Positions 40,603 through 54,764 of a DNA stretch of 64,000 bases are shown piece after piece. Where the stretch lies: contig OZ024741.1 in NCBI GenBank assembly GCA_964016885.1, positions 405,604,001 through 405,668,000 of the forward strand, written 5' to 3'. The stretch comes from Eledone cirrhosa (taxonomy: Eukaryota). The first letter of the stretch is position 1. Every line of letters begins with the position of its first letter. A model generated the notes under the pieces. The model did no database searches. It was not told the DNA's origin and saw only the letters and a list, made by a program, of their open reading frames with translations. A program made the translations under genes and the position numbers.

Positions 40603-41140
40603 AGTTATTCCAGGTTGAATCGGAGGTAACCACAGTAAGTAAGGTACTCAATACATTACAGAGTATAAAAGTTTTAATATAGATGAGATTCTACAGGACT
40701 AGAACTGTTTCATTCTTTAGAAATCATCAGGGGTCTGGCTTTCCAAATTAAATGTTGTGGTATTTATATCTTTTCAGGTGGTAGGAGAGGGTGGGGAGTG
40801 AGATGGGTGGAGGTAATTGGTTGAAAGAAAAGGGAATTCATTAAAACTAATTCTTTAAGGCAATAGTATATTTTTAGAGTGACAAAGGCAGAAAGAATTC
40901 TATAAACAAGTTCAGAATGGGGTGCCACTCCTTATTTTTAAGTTTCTCTTAAGCTAACAATTCCTATATTTCGGGTGTCTATAAGATGGTTGGGGGTCGG
41001 TCATGGTTGGTGGATTTAAGGAAAAGGGAAATTCTTTAAAGCTCTACTTAGAGTGACAAAGGCCAAGAGAATTCTATAAACCAGTTCAAAATATTGGGTG
41101 CCTATCATATCATTATTGTCATATTTCTCTTAAGCTATAT
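40599..41140 (-). mobile_element. PLE 3' end related to 55477-55665, HHR at 40687-40735
   Basis: CTGATGA-TTTCTAAAGAAT-GAAA-CAG…CTG-TA; tail with ATTGAGTACCTT. Confidence 0.75.
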
Positions 41141-41158
41141 TCCCGGTGTCAACAGACA

Positions 41159-41298
<140 letters not shown>

Positions 41299-41303
41299 CA
41301 TAT

Positions 41304-41361
<58 letters not shown>

Positions 41362-41364
<3 letters not shown>

Positions 41365-41986
41365 CAACCACGCAGCACGTTTATTCTCATATTTACACAT
41401 ATTTTTTCACTCGCTATGACCCGTCTATTTCGTTCTTACTGCTTCCTCTTTCTCTGTATCTTTACCCTCTCTAGCAGTCACTCTCTCTGTTAGCCTATTC
41501 CTCACCCTTCACTCACTCACTCTCTGTTCCTACCTCTCCTCCTCCTCCTTCATCCCGTTTGACCTGTGCGTAATTCTTTTCTTTCGCACCTTTGGTCAGG
41601 CAGGTTTCCTTATTTTTTTCTCTCTCGTCTACGATTTCACAGAACTTATGTTTACCGAATTCACAGACTAGATCCCTTCTTCCTCCCGTTAGACCTGTAC
41701 GGAATTCCTTCCTTGCTCACATTCCAACCAGGTTTGATGGTCTTTATTCTATCTCGTTCACGATTTCACCGAACTTATATTCATGGAAATTTGGGATTTG
41801 ACTCCTTCTTCCTCACTTTTCGTTGCTTCACCATCTTTGTTTGTTTACACTCTCGTGTCCCCTTTATTTACGTGTTCCAACGAATTTTTTTAGCCGTTGC
41901 TCGCACCAACCGGATGTATATGGTCTTTAAAGCGATGAAATACCAATGAAAGTTGGAAGATCACTGATGAAGGACTAACTTTATTC

Positions 41987-41992
<6 letters not shown>
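41362..41992 (+). mobile_element. Non-coding unit of about 640 bp, circularly permuted relative to 25330-25436
   Basis: Starts with the tail of the 25330 copy and ends just before it; internal duplication of about 130 bp; (TA)n flanks. Confidence 0.6.
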
Positions 41993-42063
<71 letters not shown>

Positions 42064-42171
42064 TATATATAAATATACATACATATAAATATACACATAT
42101 ACAAACATATACAAACACATCTACAGAAATACACATATATACACATATACAAAATACATAAATACACATAC

Positions 42172-42253
<82 letters not shown>

Positions 42254-42319
42254 GCGTGTGTGTTTGCGTGTGTCTCCGTTAGCGTGCATTTCAGTATTTA
42301 GTCACAACTCTCAACTTAC

Positions 42320-42465
42320 TACGTTCTGAGTTCAAATGGCACCGAGGTTAAGCTTGGCCTTTCATCCTTACGGTGTCAATAAAATAAAGTACCAGTAATA
42401 CACTAAGGTCGATTTAATCGAATTTCCCAAAATTGTTGGCCTTTTCCTAAATCAGAAACCAATAT
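42320..42465 (+). mobile_element. SINE, 5'-truncated
   Basis: CTGAGTTCAAAT…AATAAAATAAAGTACCAG…AATCAGAAACC. Confidence 0.85.
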
Positions 42466-43321
42466 TATTTATGTCAGTAAGGTCCATGTCAATAATTTAG
42501 CGAGGAGGGCCAAATTAAAGTTTCGGGTTATAACCCCACAACGTCCACACTCACCTTCTTTGCCACAAATATTCACATCTGCCGGTCATTACTTGAATAC
42601 TGGCCCCTGGCGAAGAATTATTTCCCGAAACGTTAGCTTTTTCCACACGCCACGAACATATTAATGTGCAGCAAAGTATCAGAATTATCAATTTTACTGA
42701 CGTAAATCCTCAGCGGGATTTCTAGAAGTCTCAATATTAATCCTTGATATAATCAATGTTGCTTGCTTCATTAAAAAAACTACAAGGACATATATAAATC
42801 AGTTTTTAACATCAAACTCATGAAAGAAACCCCACACCCCAGGATAGGTTGACATTATTGCAGTTAACTCTCTTAGAAAAAGCTAGCATCTATTTCTGAC
42901 AGCCACACACATTGAAGAAAGGTAGAACGAAATATTTTACCCATAGACACGAGGAAATACCTACAATTGATACTGACGTAAAATAAAGTTAACACCAAGG
43001 TATTTGGTTCACCGCTAGTCCGTTCTCCCACTCGCTAAATTCTTATAGATGGAATAATACTCAGGTACATATAAAGAATATATTAGCCTTGTGCCTAAAG
43101 TAGAAACAATTATTAGACTTAGTCAATGTGATGGCGACGCTTCTATTTCTATTCCAATTCTAAAAGTATATTTTATTTATGTCTTTGATCACAGATTCAA
43201 TCAGAGCTGACCTAGGTATAAAGAACATCAACAAGGCATGATTCACCGCTAGATCATAAAATATAAGAATGTGATCAATAAAGTATATAGTCCTGAGAGT
43301 AAGATTTACCAATGTTATCAT

Positions 43322-43652
43322 TTCTGGCCTCCCCACAGCCCCGGCGGACAGGATGGAGAATGTGTTTCCCTGGAGGATGGTAAGGGAGATTCGCTGGAAG
43401 AGCCATTCCAACTCGCGAGGCTCACACCTGCGGCTGGCCAGCTCAGCGCCTATGGTGGTGAATAGGGAGGTAGCCCTAGGGCCAAGGACACCAGAAGTCT
43501 CCACTGCCAAGGGTACAACCGCGAACCTGTCAGAGAGCGACCGGTACTTGGAGAGTTTGGCCTCCTCAGCCCGACGTGCAGCAGAACCTGGGTTAGTCGA
43601 AGACTGCACCGGGTTGCGGCTGGAGAAAGTGTCGCTGCAAGTGGCATCCCAG
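43322..43652 (-). mobile_element. CRE-like non-LTR element 3' fragment
   Basis: WDATCSDTF…AARRAEEAKLSKY…VPLAVETSG…QRISLTILQGN. Confidence 0.78.
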
Positions 43653-43929
43653 TTTGAAGATAGTTTATAAAATAAAACCTAATATGTTTTCTTCATTGAC
43701 TTTTCAATCAATATGTTTGCTCTTAATGATTCACTCTATCACAACATATACTATTACATATCAAGAAGAGATTTTCACAGTTATGTATTTCTATGTGATG
43801 GGATAAAATAGCGTTCCTCTGAAGGGTCTTTGGAGTAATGTTAAGCGATAGAGTACGTAGTTTGAAGGTCAGAGAGTCGCACCAGGTAGAGCCACTAGTT
43901 CTCCAAATTGAGAGATCACAACTCTGATA

Positions 43930-44040
43930 TTACTGGCATGTGGTTAGAATATCTCAGTAAAGAATCAATGAACAGATTTTACGGGTAAAACAAACCGGTA
44001 GGATACCCAGGGGAAGACCTCGTGCAAGATGGTTGGATAA
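43930..44040 (+). mobile_element. RTE LINE 3' fragment
   Basis: Similar to 6520-6635. Confidence 0.6.
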
Positions 44041-44400
44041 GTGACACCCTACAGTGACACCCTCACACCCTACAGTGACACCCTACCGTGACACCCGACC
44101 ATGACACCCTACAGTGACACTCTACAGTGACACCCTGACACCCTACAGTGACACACTACAGTGACACACTACAGTGACACTACAGTGACACTCTATAGTG
44201 ACACTCTACCGTGACACCCTACAGTGACACCCTGACACCCTACAGTGACATCCTATCGTGACACCCTACAGTTACACGCTACAGTGACACTCTACAGTGA
44301 CACTCTATAGTGACACTCTACAGTGACACTCTATAGTGACACTCTACCGTGACACCCTACAGTGTCACTCTACCCTGACACCCTACAGTGACACCCTACA
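44041..44400. repeat. 13-bp minisatellite
   Basis: Unit GTGACAC(C/T)CTACA, about 27 imperfect copies. Confidence 0.95.
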
Positions 44401-44569
44401 ATGTATACACATTACACCACTTTTATTAATTCAATCAAGATATTGGTATCAATAACTTTCGCTAAGAAGATATCGATTTTTAGAACCTATCATTTGTTGT
44501 CTTCTAGCTGTCCTCTTAATGACGTCACTTACTAACTAAACATCTTTTAGATATTGGTAAATGTTATGT

Positions 44570-45240
<671 letters not shown>

Positions 45241-45323
45241 TAGAATCCCCTGAAGCAATAATCTGCCAACTGCAGCCGACTGATGCTCCACTGTCCAATA
45301 GAATGTAACATCAGTAACAATAC

Positions 45324-45497
45324 CTTGTTGATGTCCTCTCAGCTTCAACCTTTCTTTCTCATCAATAACAACAACAAACACATTTCTCACTAGTGTTCTA
45401 ATGGCAGGAATTACTCTTGTCAGTGTAGACGTGTATTGCTCATATTGAATTCGAGTCATTAACTTTATTGAAATTATGACAGCTTCACATTGAATAC
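45324..45497 (-). CDS. Candidate host exon, 174 nt, phase 1-1, product unknown
   Basis: CTAAT…TTGTTTGCTATAG acceptor, AG|GTATTG donor, only one open frame (GIQCEAVIISIKLMTR…VFVVVIDEKERLKLRGHQQ). Confidence 0.3.
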
Positions 45498-46043
45498 CTA
45501 TAGCAAACAAGCAGACTTTATTAGTTGACACTAGAAGAAAAACCACCTGAAGGGTGGTTTTTCTGCTAGTATGTGTGGTATATATTATACGCAGGTATAG
45601 ATGCATGTAGATATGATACATCAAATAAAATCGTAATTGACAATATACACAGAAATTGAACGAAGACTGCGTTACACTGTCTTATGTAATCAGTAAAGTA
45701 ATTCATGATACATTAAAAAAGACGATATTATATATAAACTGCATTAGGAGAAAATTAGTGACGGAAATATATGAATGTTTATTTAAGCGATTGCTAACCG
45801 GAAGTGTTGACATTTGAACATTTTAAAGAAGTGAATCTTAAAATAAGGAACAAAATTATTTATATTTAATCAAGAATAAGGAAATTTAGTACATAAATTA
45901 TGTAATATTCAGTCATTATTTATTCAAAGTAATCCAACATATTTCACAAACGGGATAAAAAAAAATATATTCTGGACGCAGTCCCGCACTCCTTAATTTA
46001 TTATAGTTTAGATTCTCATTTAGACACTGCTCAGCTCCAATGG

Positions 46044-46545
46044 TGGAGGCGCGTAGCCTAGTGGTAAGGTTGTTGGACTAACAATTTTAATGTCGTGGTG
46101 GGTTCGATTCCTGGGCTGGGTTCTGTGTTGTGTTCTTGAGCACAACACTTCATTTCACGTTGCTCCAGTATACTCAGCTGAAAATGAGAACCAACAATAA
46201 ATGTAGGTTTAACCCTTTAGCATTTACATTGTTCTATATTTACTATTGTATTTTCACAGTAAAGGGTTTAGCTTACATAATTATCTCACATAATATCGAA
46301 TCTACGAGATTTTGATGTTATCTATTTTGAGAACCTTAAAGTAGGTATGAGCGGCCAGATACGGCCGGTTTGAACAGAAAGAGGTGAGGGAGTTTGGCTG
46401 GTTATGGCCAATTTAAATTCTAAAGGATTAAATCTGCGATGGACTAGCATCCTCTCTAGGGCAAGTCTTGTACTCTACGTCACTTAAAGTCACGGAAACT
46501 GGGTTAGCACCGGTCTAATGAGCCCCAGGAACCGAGACAAACTTT
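46044..46545 (+). mobile_element. Second tRNA-derived SINE family, split by a MITE
   Basis: TAGCCTAGTGG A box, GGTTCGATTCC B box, central TGTGTTCTTGAGCACAACACTT, 3' part CTGCGATGGACTAGCATCC. Confidence 0.7.
46213..46427. mobile_element. piggyBac-type MITE
   Basis: TTAA-CCCTTTAGCATTTA … TAAATTCTAAAGGA-TTAA. Confidence 0.7.
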
Positions 46546-46910
46546 AGACCGCTCTAATCGAGTAGATATCTGGTCAAAGTGTTCATATATTTCTGATATT
46601 GTTTATCTATAGTTATATCATCTCTGTTTCAGACGATCGAGTTTGATATGAAGGAGATCTAGTTGCTGTTTCTAGCCTCCAGAGCAACCACGTAGTGAAA
46701 CCTTTCGTTGGCATCTGGAAATAATTGAACTATATACTTTTTAAAAGATGGTCTTTAAGAAATATATTGGCGCCAAATAATATTGTTTTTAAATGATAAA
46801 ATAAAATTGAAAGCCAAAACAAATGGCGCAGGTTGAGTTTAAATTATCTTTTAAAAGGAAACGAACACAGGTTGACATTAGGAAAATTAAATGACAACTA
46901 AACAAATAAT

Positions 46911-47092
46911 TGTTTCTACTTTAGACACAAGGCCAGCAATTACCCAGTGCATTACTGGTACTTTATTTTATCGACCCCGTAAGGATGAAAGGCAAAGTCA
47001 ACCTCGGCGGGATTTGAACTCAGATCGTAAAGGGACGTAACTATGCTGAAAGCATGGCGTCCGACCCTCTACCGATACTGCCAATCCACCGC
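46911..47092 (-). mobile_element. Full-length SINE with 16-bp TSD
   Basis: CAACTAAACAAATAAT at 46895 and 47093. Confidence 0.92.
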
Positions 47093-47111
47093 CAACTAAA
47101 CAAATAATAAT

Positions 47112-47457
<346 letters not shown>

Positions 47458-47587
47458 AAGTTATATTTAAAATTGTTGGGTTACAACTAGTAAATATTTA
47501 TAACTGATATAAAAGCACTCGACAAATATTTGGAGTATATTTACAATATTAAATAAATGGAAAACTATATTTATAAAACCATATTTA

Positions 47588-47649
47588 TTTCATTATATAT
47601 ATTTCGGGGATATCATATTAACAATATGCTATGCCTTCATCAGACAAAA
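47588..47649 (-). ncRNA. Hammerhead motif, inverted arm
   Basis: Reverse complement of 49421-49482. Confidence 0.75.
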
Positions 47650-49021
47650 TACAATATAAACAGTTTTATAGATAAATATATTCGACATACCGTAATAAAC
47701 ATCAACTTCATTTGAAGAGGTTTACGCTAGCAGTGAAAATACAGAGAGAAAGAAAGAGAGAAAGAAAAGAGGGAAAAAAGGGAAAAAAAGAAAGAAAGAA
47801 AGACAGAACGAAGAAAAGGAAGAAAAAGAAGAAAAAGAAAAAGAGGAAATGCATGGAACAAAATAGAGAGATGGAAAAATAGAAAAATAGATAAAGCGAA
47901 GAGCTTCATGTAAAGAGACAGAAATTTATATGACAAAAATTTATATGAGAACTAGCCGATAAATCTTTTGATTCCTAAATCTTTGATTCCCTCTTTTTAC
48001 TCTTTTTATTGTTTATTTTATTTTATTTATTTTTTTTTATCTAAACATTCCTCATGAAAAATTAAGCTACCCTAAAAGCCGATGCTCCAAATTTTTTGAA
48101 TTAACCTTACACTAGATAAACTTCTATATTAAATATAGGAACATATGTAGACATTATTGGACATCATAATCTTTTTGCGATATTCTTTGCTAGATGTGAT
48201 TTGATAGATCATTTTTGGCTTTGTCTTGTAATGAACTTGGCAATATATTGTCAATTAACTTTGAAGGGTTGTTCTTTGTGGTTTATTTTTATTTTCATTT
48301 TTATTTTTATTTTTATTTTTATTTTTATTTTTATTTTTATTTTTATTTTTATTTTTATTTTTATTCTTTTAGTATTATAGTATTCTATAATATTTTTATT
48401 TTTTTATTTTATTTTTAATATTTTTATATGTAAATTTTTAATACGTAATATTTTTTAATACGTAGTATTTTTAATATGCAATATTTTTATTATGTAATAT
48501 TCTTTTGTAATATTTTTTTAGTTCTCTATTCTATATTTTTATATATTTTTACTTATTATTATTATTATTGTTATCTTTGTTTATAATATAATATATATTT
48601 TCGATTAGTATATTGAAATCTGCTCTCTATTTCTGCTTGATAGATAATCTTGTAGAGTAATCGCAAGAATAATAATACGCTCAAATTTTTATACCACATT
48701 GAGAATGTTTTCCGGTAACCTAGAGTTTGCGGAGTGAATCAGTTGGATTCACATTGATGTTTGTAGCTGTCACATAAACATATGAATTTTTTTAAAACTA
48801 AACATAAGATAATGAATTTTCACACATTGTGAATACTTGTTTCATTCAGGAATACTGATATTTACAATATAGTGTAAGTTTTATAAATACTAATACATTA
48901 AAACATAGGGTTTTCTACGCCTCGAATATGTCTGGCTATTTTTAAATTTTTTTTTTTTTTTTTTTTCTCTCTCTATATCTCTATATCTCTCTATATATCT
49001 CCCTTACATTAATACTTGAGC

Positions 49022-49056
<35 letters not shown>

Positions 49057-49420
49057 ATGTATCATTGATACACTTACTCAAAATGACCTCCAACTACCTA
49101 ATTTTCTATATATATATATGTATCTATCTCTATTTCCTCTCTCTCTATATATATATATATCTCTTTCTGTCTCTTTACATGAAGCTCTTCGCTTTATCTA
49201 TTTTTCCATCTCTCTATTTTGTTCCATGCATTTCTTCTTTTTCTTTTTCTTCTTTTTCTTCCTTTTCTTCGTTCTGTCTTTCTTTCTTTCTTTTTTCCCT
49301 CTTTTCTTTCTCTCTTTCTTTCTCTCTGTATTTTCACTGCTAGCGTAAACCTCTTCAAATGAAGTTGATGTTTATTACGGTATGTCGAATATATTTATCT
49401 ATAAAACTGTTTATATTGTA

Positions 49421-49482
49421 TTTTGTCTGATGAAGGCATAGCATATTGTTAATATGATATCCCCGAAATATATATAATGAAA
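49421..49482 (+). ncRNA. Hammerhead motif, 5' pLTR
   Basis: TTTTGT-CTGATGA-stem II (CATATT/AATATG)-GAAA-TATATA-TA-ATGAAA. Confidence 0.78.
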
Positions 49483-49663
49483 TAAATATGGTTTTATAAA
49501 TATAGTTTTCCATTTATTTAATATTGTAAATATACTCCAAATATTTGTCGAGTGCTTTTATATCAGTTATAAATATTTACTAGTTGTAACCCAACAATTT
49601 TAAATATAACTTTACATGTATCTTGCTCCAATACTGTTGAGCGCTTTATATTATAACTGAAAA

Positions 49664-51876
49664 ATGGAATTCTTTAAGATTACTTCCTCTCTAAAAGACA
49701 TACCTCTACCTAGAAACAAAGACTTTGTAAAACAACTAATAGATAAATCTGACTCTTTTATAAGGAGAATCAGGTGGCGTGCATTCCACTTTGATAAATC
49801 TAATGCAGACGAAAATATCTCGGACTTAAACAAAGTTTTCAAATCTAAAAGAAATCCACCCCCTAACAAACTTTTATCTGACTTTGAAAACGATATAATT
49901 TCTATCATACAAGGGGTCAAATTCAAGAGAAACTTTAAAGGCCAGGAATATCTGAAAGGCATTAAGGATAACATTGAGAGCTTAGAGAAAACTGAGAAGA
50001 TCTTGGTGAAATCTGACAAGACCAACAACCTCTATGGAGTGCGGAAAGACATGTATAATGGCCTCATACTGAAAGAGCTGAGGAAAAAATACAAGGTAGC
50101 AGATAAGGCCGAACTTGAGAAAATGAATGTTGAAGCATCTTGTATAATGCATGAGTTGGAAATTGAGAACAGAACACAACCTTTCATGCCCAGGAAACCG
50201 AAGATCAATATGAAGGACCACAAGAGGAATTTTGAAAATGACCTGCCAGTTAGATTGATCGCACCTTCAAAATCGGACCTGGGCAAATTAAGCAAACACA
50301 TTCTTGACAGGGTGATACTGCAAATTAAGAACTTGGATTGTGTATCTAACCTGAGCTTGTGGAAGGGAACTGGAGAGGTTGTTGAGTGGTTTAGGCAAAT
50401 TAAATATGACAATAATAATAGGTTTATTCAACTTGATATAGCTAACTATTATTCTTATATTACCCCTAGTCTACTAAATAAGGCACTAAATTACGCATTC
50501 AAACATACGGACCTAACTAGCAAAGAAATGCATATTATATTATCGGCTAGGAAAACTTTGATAGAATTTAATGACAAATTATGGACCAGAGCAGATAGAG
50601 ATAGCAATTTTGACATAACTATGGGATCTTCCGACTCAGCTCAGGTAACTGACCTTGTGGGCTTATTTTTAATCAATTCGCTACATAGGAAAATACCTGG
50701 TACTACCGGAGGTTTATATAGGGATGACATGCTTTTACTTATTAATAATAATAACCCTGAACTAAATAGAAAATGTAAACAAATTACAAAATTTTTTAAT
50801 TACTTTAACCTTAAAATAGAAATTGAGAACAACCATAGAATAGTCAATTTCCTAGATATAACATTAAATCTCAACACATGTCTCCACTATCCTTTTCACA
50901 AGTTGAATGAAAACTTAAACTATGTCAACTTTAACTCTAACCACCCCAGATCTGTCAAAAACACTATAGTAAACTCAGTCCAAAAACGTATCTCTAGGAT
51001 CTCGTCGAATAGAAAGATTTTTGACGAAAAGGCCCAATACTATAATGATGCACTAGCTAGGGCAGGGTATGCTGATAAGATTGTGTACATAGATAATGAT
51101 AGACAAACTAAACAAAGTAACAACTTTTTTAATTACGGCAACAACATTAACAACTATAATAGAAAGCATTACAATAATTCCAAAGGACAAAAAAGAAATA
51201 GAACTAGGAACATAATTTGGTTTGCCCCCCCCTTTCTCACTAAACATTAAAACCCACATCGCTAAATTATTTTTCAAAGCTCTTGATAATCGCTTCCCTA
51301 GAACACATAGGTATCACTCAATCTTCAATAGGCATACAATTAAATTAACCTACTCATCCACCAAAAATTTAGCACAAAATATTAATAGAATAAATAATAG
51401 GAACTTAAAACCTACTGATAATAGCATAAATAATATACAAGTTAACAAATGTAACTGTAGAGATAGATCTAAATGTCCGTTAAATAACAACTGCTTAGTT
51501 AAAAATATAGTATACAATTGTAATGTTAATACTGACTATAATTCTTTTAACTACGTCGGTTCCACATCGACGGAATTTAAACTTCGCTATAATAACCACA
51601 AGAATTCTTTCACAGATCCAAATAAAAAATCTTCAACGGCACTATCAGGGGTACTCTGGCAACTTAAGCTAGATAACGTTAGATATTCGACGGCTTGGAA
51701 TATAGTCTCATGAGGGATTCCTTTTAATTCATCCATCCTCTGAGACATGTGACCTCTGCGCAGAGGAGATATTCTTTATACTAAAATCTAAAAATTCCCT
51801 TAACCTACGGACAAATTTATTCAGTTGTTGCAAACATAGATTAAACTCAACGTTTAAATATAAATTTAAATTTTAA
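49664..51876 (+). pseudogene. Complete PLE RT-GIY-YIG ORF with three lesions (extra C at about 51230, TGA at 51711, 4-bp duplication at about 51732)
   Basis: SLKDIPLP; RWRA; KSDKT; KDHK; LDIANYY; MGSSDSAQ; YRDD; NFLD; CNCRDRSKCPLNNNC; VYNC…YVG; CDLCAEE…LN…CKH. Confidence 0.95.
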
Positions 51877-53432
51877 ATGTAGTATATTTAGTTTGATTTA
51901 TATTTATATGAGAACTAGCCGATAAATCTTTTGATTCCTAAATCTTTGATTCCCTCTTTTTACTCTTTTTATTGTTTATTTTATTTTATTATTTATTTAT
52001 TTTTTTTATCTAAACATTCCTCATGAAAAATTAAGCTACCCTAAAAGCCGATGCTCCAAATTTTTTGAATTAACCTTACACTAGATAAACTTCTATATTA
52101 AATATAGGAACATATGTAGACATTATTGGACATCATAATCTTTTTGCGATATTCTTTGCTAGATGTGATTTGATAGATAATTTTTGGCTTTGTCTTGTAA
52201 TGAACCTGGCAATATATTGTCAATTAACTTTGAAGGGTTGTTCTTTGTGGTTTATTTTTATTTTCATTTTTATTTTTATTTTTATTTTTATTTTTATTTT
52301 TATTTTTATTTTTATTTTTATTTTTATTTTTATTTTTATTTTTATTTTTATTTTTATTTTTATTTTTATTTTTATTTTTATTTTTATTTTTATTTTTATT
52401 TTTATTTTTATTTTTATTTTTATTTTTATTTTTATTTTTATTTTTATTTTTATTCTTTTAGTATTATAGTATTCTATAATATTTTTATTTTTTATTTTAT
52501 TTTTAATATTTTTATATGTAAATTTTTAATACGTAATATTTTTTAATACGTAGTATTTTTAATATGCAATATTTTTATTATGTAATATTCTTTTGTAATA
52601 TTTTTTTAGTTCTCTATTCTATATTTTTATATATTTTTACTTATTATTATTATTATTGTTATCTTTGTTTATAATATAATATATATTTTCGATTAGTATA
52701 TTGAAATCTGCTCTCTATTTCTGCTTGATAGATAATCTTGTAGAGTAATCGCAAGAATAATAATACGCTCAAATTTTTATACCACATTGAGAATGTTTTC
52801 CGGTAACCTAGAGTTTGCGGAGTGAATCAGATAATGAATTTTCACACATTGTGAATACTTGTTTCATTCAGGAATACTGATATTTACAATATAGTGTAAG
52901 TTTTATAAATACTAATACATTAAAACATAGGGTTTTCTACGCCTCGAATATGTCTGGCTATTTTTAAATTTTTTTTTTTTTTTTTTCTCTCTCTATATCT
53001 CTATATCTCTCTATATATCTCCCTTACATTAATACTTGAGCTAAATAAATAAATAAATAAATAAATAAATGTATCATTGATACACTTACTCAAAATGACC
53101 TCCAACTACCTAATTTTCTATATATATATATGTATCTATCTCTATTTCCTCTCTCTCTCTCTATATATATATATCTTTCTGTCTCTTTACATGAAGCTCT
53201 TCGCTTTATCTATTTTTCCATCTCTCTATTTTGTTCCATGCATTTCTTCTTTTTCTTTTTCTTCTTTTTCTTCCTTTTCTTCGTTCTGTCTTTCTTTCTT
53301 TCTTTTTTCCCTCTTTTCTTTCTCTCTTTCTTTCTCTCTGTATTTTCACTGCTAGCGTAAACCTCTTCAAATGAAGTTGATGTTTATTACGGTATGTCGA
53401 ATATATTTATCTATAAAACTGTTTATATTGTA

Positions 53433-53494
53433 TTTTGTCTGATGAAGGCATAGCATATTGTTAATATGATATCCCCGAAATATATATAATGAAA
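53433..53494 (+). ncRNA. Hammerhead motif, 3' pLTR
   Basis: Same sequence as 49421-49482, 4012 nt downstream. Confidence 0.78.
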
Positions 53495-53534
53495 TAAATA
53501 TGGTTTTATAAATATAGTTTGCCATTTATTTAAT

Positions 53535-53769
<235 letters not shown>

Positions 53770-53796
53770 TTGAAAATATATATATATATATATATG

Positions 53797-53868
<72 letters not shown>

Positions 53869-53892
53869 AAAATATATATATATATATATATG

Positions 53893-53960
<68 letters not shown>

Positions 53961-53971
53961 AAAAAATGGGG

Positions 53972-54114
53972 AAAATCAGGGGTATGCAAAATAGCTGGTG
54001 GAGCAACAAAGCAGATGAAGTTCAAGTGGCATCTGACGGCAACAATGTGAAACTGCCGCGCTTTCTACTCACAGAGGTGTATGGCCCTTTCAGCTCTCCA
54101 GTGGCCCCTTTGAG

Positions 54115-54118
<4 letters not shown>
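53972..54118 (+). mobile_element. RTE (BovB-like) LINE internal fragment
   Basis: [17 protein letters not shown]…EVYGP…PLRS. Confidence 0.65.
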
Positions 54119-54170
<52 letters not shown>

Positions 54171-54178
<8 letters not shown>

Positions 54179-54507
54179 GAGGGTTTTTTTACAAAATGAA
54201 AAATAACCGAGGTGTCCTACACGAGTGAAAGTATAAAGAAAAAGAGATGAAATCGAAAATGCAACTGGAGTCTTATTTTTAAAAAAAATATATATATTTA
54301 TTTGGTTCCTTTACCGGTTTCGCAGTTCTTCTGCTTTTCAAAAGGTGAGTTGAGATGGAGGGTCTGTGAAAAACCACAGACCCTCCATCTCAACTCACTT
54401 TTTGAAAAGCAGAAGAACTGCGAAACCGGTAAAGGAACCAAATAAATATATATATTTAAAAAAAAAATAAGACTCCAGTTGCATTTTCGATTTCATCTCT
54501 TTTTCTT

Positions 54508-54510
<3 letters not shown>
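54171..54510. mobile_element. Two-armed inverted PLE-end insertion
   Basis: 54232-54368 is inverted relative to 54375-54511; left tail of about 60 nt. Confidence 0.88.
54398..54435 (+). ncRNA. Hammerhead with U3-A8 core
   Basis: CTTT-TTGAAAA-GCAG/CTGC-GAAA-CCGG-TA-AAGG; mirrored on the minus strand at about 54308-54345. Confidence 0.75.
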
Positions 54511-54549
<39 letters not shown>

Positions 54550-54554
54550 TATAT

Positions 54555-54711
54555 AACGAAGGAAATGTGGTAAGGAACCAGGTGGACCATAACGCACCAA
54601 AGTACTCAATACTTAGGGTAGTAGAGTGGGTAATAGGAACGAGTAGGACCCTGGACAGAATTAGCCGTCGAAACGGCTTGAGCTCAGCCGTCGGGGTCCT
54701 ACTCGTTCCTA
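54555..54711. mobile_element. Two-armed inverted insertion, family B
   Basis: Long arm AACGAAGG…, short arm ending GTTCCTA. Confidence 0.88.
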
Positions 54712-54764
54712 TATATATATTTATATATATGTATATATATATATATATATATACATACATACAT

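Noticed and set aside
46044-46120. tRNA gene
   Set aside because: A and B boxes are present, but there is no clean cloverleaf and it continues into a SINE body
48743-48808. 66-bp segment missing from the 3' pLTR as a lost intron
   Set aside because: A GT-AG excision would be one base off; it fits a deletion at AG microhomology
51711-51745. In-frame TGA codons in the PLE endonuclease as selenocysteine
   Set aside because: The first TGA aligns with Arg/Lys in the two sister elements (likely CGA to TGA). The later ones result from a 4-bp ATCC duplication. None replaces a conserved Cys and no SECIS was seen.
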